A stretch of 61,935 nt of DNA, filler included, from Dirinaria sp. TL-2023a (lineage: Eukaryota): the NCBI GenBank assembly GCA_051941275.1. It is 15 parts of 15 records of this genome, joined end to end, with 100 filler letters (N's around TTAATTAATTAA, not from the genome) between each part and the next. Parts side by side here need not be neighbours in the genome. Positions count along the whole stretch, not along the records: positions 49,722 to 53,729 come from JAVEBF010001924.1; positions 53,830 to 57,832 come from JAVEBF010001925.1; positions 57,933 to 61,935 come from JAVEBF010001926.1; 12 more parts are not named here. One strand, written 5' to 3'. This document shows, in pieces, positions 52,589 through 61,935 of this stretch. The translations under genes and the position numbers were made by a program. Below the pieces are notes generated by a model. It did not search any database. It had not been told where the DNA came from and was given only the letters and a program-made list of their open reading frames with translations. Position 1 is the stretch's first letter; each line of letters starts with the position of its first letter.

Positions 52589-53729
52589 ATGACGACCCTT
52601 GCGCTTTTGGATCAAGCTGAAGAAGGTGCGTGATTTGCCTGTTCCAGGAACGGATTGTGGGAATTCGCAGCACTAATCCCGCATTAGACGCTCTCCACAA
52701 ACCCCGGCTTCTCAACGTCGAAGAGAAGCCTTTCAAGCGCATCACAAAACGTCTCGTGGCCCCAGACACTCTCCTCGCCAAACCGATCCAATTCCCACCC
52801 ACACCACCACCCGATGGCTCGGCCGCCGACGAAGCCGCCGCAGCATACGAAGCGGAAAAACAGCAACAGCTCGAAAGCCGACGGCAATGGCGCGAAGACG
52901 CGATCCTCGACTTCGCCGGCTTCGAAAGCAGCATCATCCGGATCCAATTCCTGCTGAACACGAACATCAAAGAGCGTGAGCGCTACGCGGCTCAAAAACT
53001 CAAAATCGAAGCCACCGCGCAAGCGGTACGGGACAACACGGCCGAGCTGCGTTCGCAGCTGGAAGACGCGCAGAAGCAGCTGGCGCTGCGCAAGGAATAC
53101 GACGAGCTGGCGGAGAAAATCACTTCGAACCGCCTGCTCCGGCCGCGGGAAGACCAGCACGCGAACCTGGCGAAGCTGAACGCCGAGATCGAGGAGCTGG
53201 AGCGCGAGAGCCGCGGGTATGCGCGCACGTGGGCGGAGCGGAGGCTGCAGTTCAGCAAGATCCTCGACGAGGGCATGCAGATGCGGCGGCAGATCCGGGC
53301 GGAGAAGGAAGAGGTTGATCGGAGGGAAGGCATGGAAGGGGCGGATGATGGGGAGGAAGGGGACAGCTCTTCTCTACGCGGCCGCAGCAGTGGGTTGGGG
53401 ACGCCGGCACCTCCTGGCCACGAAGGCGGGTCTACGCCGTTATTACATGCCAGTGGCGGCTACGACATGATGGAGATGACTACCGCAGGCGGGGGGAATC
53501 TGCAGGTTGAAGGAGGGCAGGAGGAGAAGCGCGAGAAGTCGCCGTTACGGTTCTCGCACTCGGCAGGTGCTGGGGGGCCTGTGACGGAAGAAGCCGAAGA
53601 CGCGGATATGGCCGAGGATGGAGAGGTGGAAGCGGAAGGCGACGATGGTTCAGTTGCTGTCCCTGTGTCGGGTCTCGTAGCCGAGGAGGACGATGACAAT
53701 CCTCCAGCAATGGTGGTGGAGGAGGAGGA
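52589..53729 (+). CDS. THOC7: THO complex subunit 7 (Thoc7/Mft1 family), exons 52589-52625 and 52688-contig end
   Basis: MTTLALLDQAEE|DALHKPRLLNVEEKPFKRITKRL...WREDAILDFAGFESSIIRIQFLLNTN.KERERY, coiled coil, acidic tail. Confidence 0.88.
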
Positions 53730-54807
53730 NNNNNNNNNNNNNNNNNNNNNNNNNNNNNNNNNNNNNNNNNNNNTTAATTAATTAANNNNNNNNNNNNNNN
53801 NNNNNNNNNNNNNNNNNNNNNNNNNNNNNGGACTTGATCTATGACTGACGTTACCGTACATTCGCACTTTCCTTTCGCCTTCAACTTGCAGATGGCACTT
53901 ACGTTTTATTGGAGACTGTCTGCTTCAAGCATTCCCGTTTGGGAAAGAGCGCTCTGAGAGTCTTCGATAGCCAAGAAGTGCCTTGCAAGGTAAGAAGGAA
54001 GTGTCTAGATATCTGCGATGTCATCTCATGAACATTATTGATGTCATATCGAAAGCGCATTTGATAAATATGTGATCGATTTCATGCAAGGATCTGATTT
54101 GAGAGCATAGAAGCACAGAATTCGCAGACGTGGTTAACAGTATAAGTGAGTCTTTTTGATGTTAGTAGCAGCATGAGCAATGAAATTTTCCCAGTATGTT
54201 TCTTTCGACAGAGATGTTTGAAAAAGCATGTAATGTCTCACGGACATCTTCTTGAACTCTCACAACTGCTTCATCGTCTGATTTATTAACGCACTTTGAT
54301 ATTGCATGGCAAAAACCCTTTCTCATTTACTCACTTCTGATATGGATCGCGCAGAAAGATGAAGTTGTTGAAGCTTCAGGCGGCATGATTGACGCAGCTT
54401 TTGCTTGCTAGATAGACGTCTTTGGCGTGGACAAAGTCGAAAGTCTAATACAATGGGTTTTGTCAATACCGGCTCATGAGGCATCGAAAGCACTTCTGAA
54501 TGTTGGGAGAGAATAATGTGACGTTAGAAGATGTGAATCACGAATCAATCCGTTAGCTGAAAAAAATGGATGAGAAGAAAGCTAGGAGAAAGAGACTGCA
54601 GGAATTGTGGCCTCAACAGCTTTGGTCACAATGTTTGAAACAAGAATTGGGCACAAGTTGTTAGAGAAAACAGAAAGCATGTTCAAACTGTCGCAAGCAG
54701 TCTATCTACCCCTATCCCCCAAAATTAGATATTAGTGTTCCAATAATCCATGAGCATCCGATCTTCAAAACTCTCCACCCAAAGAAACCTTCACTTTCCT
54801 TATCCCT

Positions 54808-55830
54808 TTACCATCTCGACTCACAGTCGCTGTCATGATCATGACAATGGCAACGATGGCTGTGGCGACAGCTCGAGGAAGAAGAAGAGCGGTCAATCAC
54901 GACAATGGTTGTCGTACTAGGGGGAGCAGACTTCCGCTTGTTCTCCATCCGCTCGATCTGATTCTCCAATTTCAACAGTTCCATCTTGGCTTCCAACTTA
55001 TCAACTTTCTTCTCCAGTTGCGCTTGAGTGGCAGAAGAACCAGCGCGGGTAGTGCGAGTAACAGGGTAATTTTCCGCGCGAGCGCGAGAAGCATGGCTCT
55101 CAAAGCGCTGCAGTTGGTTGTCGCGTGCGTCCCCACGAGTAGGAGCCTGGCTGTAGTTGTTTTCTCCGCGAGTGGCCCGAGTCGGAGCCCGGCTTTCTTC
55201 ATGATAATTATCACGAGTAGTTCGAGTTGGAGCCCGGCTTTCTTGATAATTATCACGAGTAGTCCGAGTTGGCGCCCGGCTATCCGATTCACGTGCCCTG
55301 GACGGTTGGTAGTACCCGTTATCTCCAGCACCAACAGAATTACGATGAGAAGTGCCACGAGTAACAGTTGAAGCGTGACTATCCCTACCGCGCGAAACCC
55401 TGCTTTCATGCACCCGACTAGAGCCCGACGGACGCACTGTCTGTCGTGACTGCTCGTCGTAGTGCGGAGCCCGAGACGAAGATGCACGCGGCGTGAGAGT
55501 CCTATCTTCCGGAACAGCAGACAAGCGGCTCTCACGACGGCTCTCGAAATGGCTCGGGGCACGAGACGATGATTCACGCCTCACGATTACCGCCATGTCC
55601 TGCGGAACGGCGGAGAGCCGGCTCTCAGCCCGAGTCCGAGTAATCTCACGTGGTACAAGCGCATTACGGCTGGATGGGGCCACCGAGTGCTGCGCATACT
55701 CTCCAGAACGGGTGGCACGGGAGGCACCTTCTTCCCATTCCTTTGAGCTACCGGAGCTGACGGCTTGAGATTGTTGACGCGAGATGGAGGCCGAGGAGGG
55801 GCGGGTGATGTTTTCGGAGCGAGTAGGCAT
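54808..55830 (-). CDS. Ser/Arg/Thr-rich repetitive hypothetical protein with coiled coil and Cys/His-rich C-terminus
   Basis: Long ORF (probable start MPTRSENIT at 55830; frame open to 56112); repeats ESRLSAVP x2 and SRAPTR.TR.NY x3; LEKKVDKLEAKMELLKLENQIER; end SCRHSHRCHCHDHDSDCESRW. Confidence 0.7.
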   Translation of the reverse strand: MPTRSENITRPSSASISRQQSQAVSSGSSKEWEEGASRATRSGEYAQHSVAPSSRNALVPREITRTRAESRLSAVPQDMAVIVRRESSSRAPSHFESRRESRLSAVPEDRTLTPRASSSRAPHYDEQSRQTVRPSGSSRVHESRVSRGRDSHASTVTRGTSHRNSVGAGDNGYYQPSRARESDSRAPTRTTRDNYQESRAPTRTTRDNYHEESRAPTRATRGENNYSQAPTRGDARDNQLQRFESHASRARAENYPVTRTTRAGSSATQAQLEKKVDKLEAKMELLKLENQIERMENKRKSAPPSTTTIVVIDRSSSSSSCRHSHRCHCHDHDSDCESRW

Positions 55831-57360
55831 GACTTTTCCTTCTTGTGCCGGAAAGGTTGAAACTGTGTCTTTGAATTTGTTGGTTGGAAGTTGGAAGTTG
55901 GAAGGTGTTTTTGAAAGTCTGACTTCTTTTGTTTTCTGAGATTTGAGATTAAGAAAACGCTTCCTGAAACGTTTTGAGTTCTGAAGATTGTTGAGGCGAT
56001 GCTGGAGAGCGGAAGTAGGATTGTGGGAAGGGTTGATTATATACTCATTAGTTGATGAGCTAGTGTTCGAAGCCCAGGTATACAAATCCATTGTTTGTAT
56101 AAAGAGAAACAAAGGGAGACAGTGTTGCTCATATTTGTCGCAACGCTGAAAGACATGAAGGAGAACATTACAAAGGTATTATTCGATATCGCCTGGATGT
56201 AGTCCTTTGTTTCTCCTTTATGCTGGCTCAAAGACCATTCACAATTCTGTGCGGAATAGACGTGCGATTTCTTTGTCTCTATCCAGCCGGTCATGATGTG
56301 TACCGATCATTTCCAAATTGACTTTGACAAATGGAAAAAGACACCAAAAAAAAAAGAAATCTCCTTACGACTCGATTCTACCACTCCCCGAGTCTTGCCT
56401 CATACCAGCCCCGAAAAAATACACCATCTCACCTAAAAACTCCTGCGTTCTAGAGAACCCGTCAATTATTCACATCTGACATCTAGATCTCCCAATACTT
56501 CGAGTTCGTTCTCAATCCAATCTAAGTCATCCCACGTACACACACACACATTATTCGCAATAAGAAAGAGACTTCTCACGTTGATAGAAAAGAGAAATTT
56601 TGCTCCATTCCTAAAGTAAGCTATTATCAGCAGAAAATGAGCATTATTCCCTCGTTCTAACAAAGATCGACCACAATAACAACAATAACAACAACAACAA
56701 AGGAAGAAAGCACGTTCTCCCTTTTAGTAACAGAATGTCGGTGTGCCAAGAATGTGTACTCGCAGAGTACATCATTCTTAGCAGTAAACAGGTGAAGGTA
56801 CTCGTAGAAGAAATGCTGGTAGAAAAACGATTAAAAGAGGGTGACGATATGGGAGGATGGACAGTCAAGGGTATGATAAGGGAGAATTTTGAAGGTATCA
56901 GGAACGAAATCGCAAGGTGAGAATATACAATCATACTGAGTGGTGAAGGTAGCTTACCTTATAAAAGTACAACATCAGATATGTTCGTTAGATACAGCCG
57001 CGATCGCGTATTTTTGCGCTAGCAGCCCTATAGGGCTCGCTTCGAGGATAGGAGATATCTGACGGAAGGTGACGGAATTTCTTCATGTACGTTGGATGAT
57101 AACATGCAGCTCTTAAGAAATCAATCTCATATCAAACAGGTGCTAAGCGCCGTTAAGAATGATACATATTTCCATCGCCGATCTCGCCACCACAAGGCTG
57201 TATACTACTAGTCCGTAGTGACAACCATTCTTAGTGTTTTTTTCCTTTGGGATCTGGCACTTCTGAAACGAAGAAAGCTCTAAAAATCCTTGAACTACGA
57301 TGTCAGCTTTTCTGCATCTTTACCTTACCTCCTCAGAGTTACCCGGTTGGAATCTGCGAG

Positions 57361-57832
57361 ATGGTGGCGGATCTATACTCCGACCTGGCCACCCCGACTC
57401 CGGTATCAGGAATCCCTTCATGGTTGAAGTACGTCGTGTGTCTTAGCTCCACCACTCGCTGCTCTTCTTCGCGCTCTTCAGCGCTATCTTCAAAGACTCT
57501 GTCTCACTGACCTCGTATCTACTCTGTACGGAAGAGCAGTTCGTGGACACGCTGACGCCACTCAAAGTCGCTCCTGAACCCTCAGTCGGGCTTCTTTGAC
57601 ATCATTGTTTCTGCCGTATGGGATATCAATCAGCGTGGTCCTGACCGAGGAGTCGACAAGAGACAAAGGCTGTTGGATCTGGTGGCCTGGGACGAGTGTG
57701 AGATGGTGCCTCGAGCACGGGGCCCAGGTCTCAGACGGGGCAGAGCACGATGACCCGCTCAAATACTCACCGCTCCCTGAAAGTATCGCGGCTGAGCACA
57801 GTGTCTTGCTTCAAGCTGCTTCGCGCGAGTGA
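57361..57832 (+). pseudogene. Frameshifted ankyrin-repeat-like gene fragment
   Basis: Joining frames gives ..TSYLLCTEEQFVDTLTPLKVAPEPSV / FDIIVSAVWDINQRGPDRGVDKRQRLLDLVAWDE / VRWCLEHGAQV.., resembling the fungal ankyrin pattern GWDIN...LL....D..LVRW.L.HGA. Confidence 0.5.
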
Positions 57833-57932
57833 NNNNNNNNNNNNNNNNNNNNNNNNNNNNNNNNNNNNNNNNNNNNTTAATTAATTAANNNNNNNNNNNN
57901 NNNNNNNNNNNNNNNNNNNNNNNNNNNNNNNN

Positions 57933-58832
57933 GCATTGCGCTGAATGCGATACGAACTCGATCGCACGGTCAAGCTGAAGGGAGGTACCAGACAGCATAC
58001 GCGGAGGCGAATTGTAACATCCGATTTGCATCCATATGGCATCCATGAGATGTCGAGAGATTTCATGGTCAAATGAAGATTGCGCCTCGTCGATACACCA
58101 CGCAACTTTCTCCTCCATTCTTAGGTCGATTGTGAAAAGGCTGTTCATGACCGTAGACGTTCGCGTCGAGAAGCGAGCCAGCTTCCATACGATATCAAAT
58201 GCATCAACCGTTGCGCCACACGAAACCTGGAACCGTACCCAGTCTCGATACGTCGCAGACTTGTCGTCAACACGCACCTGTCGGAAAACGTTATATACGA
58301 CGAGCCGCGACCAGATGAGTCCTTGACCCACATCTCCATATATCGTACTAATGAAGATATTTTCAAGGTAAGGGATTTCCTTGTGCAGAGTCCGCAAGTC
58401 CTCGAGAAGAGACCAGGTATCGCTTGACGCACCTCCACGATAAGGCTGTAATAGGTCATCCTCTAAAAGGTCTCTGTGCTTGACAGCTGGTGCTACTATG
58501 TAGAATCCCCATCGCTCACACAGCATGTCCAGTATCCAGCGAGTCTTACCGGTGTCAGTCGTACGGAAGAGGATTGCGTCACTGTTTAGGCGGTCCCAAG
58601 GACTCCTTATCGATTCACTATGTGATGTCGTCGATTTCGGGCCCCATAATGCCTCTGGTACGCTGCTCAAATAACTTGTTATGCATAAAGATGCCGAGGT
58701 ATGATACCTACGCAGCACATATTGCTGCAGCCCAGTAAAGAGGTGCGGCTCTGGCGCTACCTGAGTGGTCCATATCTCGCCTATGTGCTTTAGTGTCTTA
58801 ATTACAAGTGTCTTGTGTTTATCGAAGCGCAC
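57933..58832 (-). CDS. Crinkler-associated-type P-loop NTPase-like protein (partial, possibly decaying)
   Basis: ILFRTTDTGKTRWILDMLCERWGFY...GASSD, VAWCIDEAQ (Walker B) and MLSGTSL resemble the N.SG.GKTR....LC..WGFY / DEAQ / SGTGL pattern; the upstream ORF 59034-58819 is in another frame. Confidence 0.55.
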
Positions 58833-61074
58833 CTAGGCCTTTCTGCACGAGCGTTTTCTTGGCCTCTTCGAAACATAAAATATGTCTGATGTTACCACAT
58901 GTAAGCGCTCGTGTTTTTTTCTTGACGAGACTGTGACTCTGTCGCAGCTTTTTGTAAATAATCAGAGAACGACTGAAAAGTCCAGTTTTGCGCCGGTAGA
59001 GGCTCATAATTGTTGTAAACGAAATCAAAGTCATCCATCAGTCGTTCAAGCTCCATCCCAGTGCTCGAGGTAGATGCAAACTCATTTCTACTCTTGAAAA
59101 GCTGGACAAATGACTCGGAATGAACGCCGAACGCTTCCCAGATTAATGAAGTGGTCGACCACGCCGAGCGCTCGTTCGTGACCTTGCCAAACCAATTGCG
59201 TATGACACATGATATGTGGAGTGAGGTATCATTGAGAACGTACAGAAGAATTCTGTCGTTTATCGATGGGTCCGTGCTAAAGAATCTCCTGCCGGGGCCT
59301 TTGGAAAGCTGTACTGCTGGAAAAATAAGCCAGGTTTAGTTCCTTGATTGCTATTGCGAATTACCGAATGTTGAATGGCTTACTGCCTTGTGCGCGCAGA
59401 AGCTGGACTTTCTTTGAGTATTGAGCTACGAAGTATTCTTCGCACAGGTCTGTGTATCGCTGCAGGTCCACGTTCACAGCCATGGTAGAGTCGATGACTA
59501 CGTTGGAGCCAGAGTTTATGAAGTGCAGCTGTGATACTGCTCATCTTACGATGATTCAAACTCGATATAATCGCTGACGGGAAATTATCAGCGTAGCAGC
59601 AGCAGCGCTTTAAATGTCAGTGAGATTCCTCAGTCTGACGGCTGAAGAGGCCTTTGCCCCACCATGGCTAATACGTCTGGTGTATGTATCTCGATTGCCA
59701 TTAACTGTTGAGATCATACCCTCTCTCAGATCAACTTTGGTTTCTCATTTGTAGATCTACCGGTTACCGCTTGCAGTAGACTGCTTCTTTGCAGAATGAA
59801 CCGGGAACTTGGAAAGACGAGGAGTGTACGGATGTCAGAGTCCATCCAGCTGATATTCGAGTACCTCCATCACACAAGGCGCTCCTCCACACTTTTGAAG
59901 GTGGATATTATGCGTCTGAATCTCAATCCTCATCGATCTCCACTGGCCTTGAGCGATGGCTTCTGAATTTGGGGTGCGCTTTGGAGAGTTTGGACCCCAG
60001 GACAACGCACTTTGCACCTTAGAGGACCCTAAATGTAACCCTAAGTTTGCATCCTTGGCACAAACCCTGCCTTTTACACCTCAGGACACTAATCTGCGTT
60101 CTGCGTTCACTCGCCCTTTTTGAGGTAACTTTTTATGATTTTAAACCCATTTTCAGAAGCATGTCTATGTTTGCTTTGCAGTTTGGATATGTCACACCGT
60201 GGATGGCACCTCGATATGCAATATGACATGAGATACTGGCTTCTCAATTGAATATTACCGTCACCACGGTCCTTTGAACGATGCGGCTACGTCTTTATCT
60301 CAGCATCATCCTCATTCCAGCCTGGTCAACACTGATGCTAGTCTTGTACTAATGATGCGCACTGGCTCGAGAGTTCAGGTAACCAATGAACAGCACCTTG
60401 GAGCTCGAGTCAGCAACTGAGATTTGGATGGTGAGATGGGTAGCAGAGATTGTTTGCATCGATCAAGGATACAGTGCTGTCAATCAAAAATGAGCTTATA
60501 TTGCCTCTTCTGGATTATAGCGACAATTGTCTCTTATCAAGGGCTGGCAGCAGCATTGGCGAACCAGCAGTTTCAGGACGAAATTAAAGCCACGAACTTG
60601 ATTGCTATGTTCCATGCAAACAATATGAGATGGCTAGAGAATTCTCCATCAGCGGCTGCTCTATGATCATAGTCTCCTGTTGGTGAACGCTATTGAGAGG
60701 GTAAAAAGCCGTATTGCTCGAAATAGGCCTTGCCCGAAGACTTTCGGAAGTAAAGACGCACGAGCAGACATAATCTCAGATAGCGTGCTCTGGACGATCT
60801 ATCGAGGTTTGCTACCTCGTCTTTAAGACGTCTATTTACCGTTTCCTATGCTCTCTAGTTCTAAAAGTTGGGGGGACGTCATTCTATATGCATAGTGACT
60901 TCAGCGTGCAGGAATCGACCAATTCATGTGATTTGCTATCAGATTTCACACATTCCCTTTTACTTCGTGCAGCTTCCAAAGAACCTACTTCGTCTAATTT
61001 ATTCGCGTGTAGCCCCTTTTTACCTGCCTTAAAGCAGACCATTGTCAAGCCAAGAAACTAGAACTGTTTGGGCT

Positions 61075-61935
61075 ATGCCGGCTCAGTATGGTCTCGAGAG
61101 AGGTCATATTGCCTCAATGAGGTAATCTTTCAACGTTGCCACCAGGCTTAGCGTGATGACCGAAGATACAGGCTGAACCTGCAGCATTTTCTCTGGAAGC
61201 AGCAACTGGGCTACAACCTGCACCCCAGCATACCAACAGACAAAGCAAACCTGAAGATCGCAGACGTCGCCACTGGGACTGGGTACACTTCCAAAAAACT
61301 TCCCCATCTATTACCGCTCTGTCAACCCATCACTAATCACTACGGCCCAGCGTATGGGTTTTTGAAACCGCATCCAGTCTGCCAGAAGCCGAGGTTGACG
61401 GTTTCGATATCTCCCTCGATCAACTCCCGCCCCAGGACCACCTACCCAAGAATATCAAATTCGGCCTCCTGAACATCCTCGAAGATGTCCCGCAACAGCT
61501 TCAAGGCCGGTATGACATTGTGCATTGTCGGATGATGTCGCTTGTGCTCACGACTGGGGACCCGGTGCCTATGTTTCGGAATTTGCTCTCCATGTTGAGT
61601 ATGATTTCCCAATTTGACAATCCCCATCAGCTTCTCCAGGATGTAGGATCGCTCTCTGTTTCGAACTGTTATGGTACGCTGATTGGAACCCTCACCCAAA
61701 AATAGAGCCCGGAGGCTGGATCCAGTTCGGCGAAGCGGAGCACCTGCGCATGTATCAGCAGCGGAGAGAACGAAACCCCTCGCCGCCAGGGTGGGAGCTC
61801 TACGAGCCGATGTATCAAATGATGGAAAAAGCCTATCCTCAAGAGTAAGTCCTATCACCAGTAACTCTAGAAATTGTTAGCACTCCTTATATCCCTATCC
61901 GTTCACTATCCCAGAACCCACATTCCCATCATCAC
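61075..61935 (+). CDS. Class I SAM-dependent methyltransferase (fungal LaeA-related secondary-metabolism type); exons 61075-61121, 61172-61282, 61351-61598, 61706-61844; 3' truncated
   Basis: ASMR|LNLQHFLWKQQLGYNLHPSIP..LKIADVATGTG|VW...VDGFDIS..QLPP...LPKNI.F...NILE.VP..L.GRYDIVHCR...LLSML|KPGGWIQFGE. Confidence 0.9.

Noticed and set aside
60027..60044. Telomeric CCCTAA repeats
   Set aside because: Only two non-adjacent hexamers, internal to the contig.

Overview
Eukaryotic (filamentous ascomycete-type) genomic DNA. It is not one locus: 15 unlinked contigs of about 4.0 kb, in near-decreasing size order, are joined by artificial 100-nt N-TTAATTAATTAA-N spacers, so gene neighbourhood only means something within a contig. 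Spliced housekeeping genes could be reconstructed by hand: an IFRD-domain protein, a G1-type cyclin, a UPF0390 protein, a NIPA-type Mg transporter, SAR1, RPL5, NEDD8, Elongin A, THOC7, a SprT/GCNA-like protease, a SAM methyltransferase, a PTH11-like receptor and a Dcg1-like racemase start. Pirin and an F-box protein are single-exon. The most interesting accessory items are: (i) a ~260-nt densely base-paired non-coding element at 23490-23745 with an HDV-ribozyme-like 5' module overlapping Pol III A/B-box-like motifs; (ii) a patatin-NB-ARC-TPR NLR whose lipase domain looks intact while the NB-ARC part is disrupted; (iii) a non-Mca1 caspase-like protease; (iv) a Crinkler-type P-loop NTPase-like ORF; (v) an orphan gene facing a decayed, internally amplified inverted paralog; (vi) a 50-bp-period minisatellite. 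All family calls come from motif recognition only; no searches were run.
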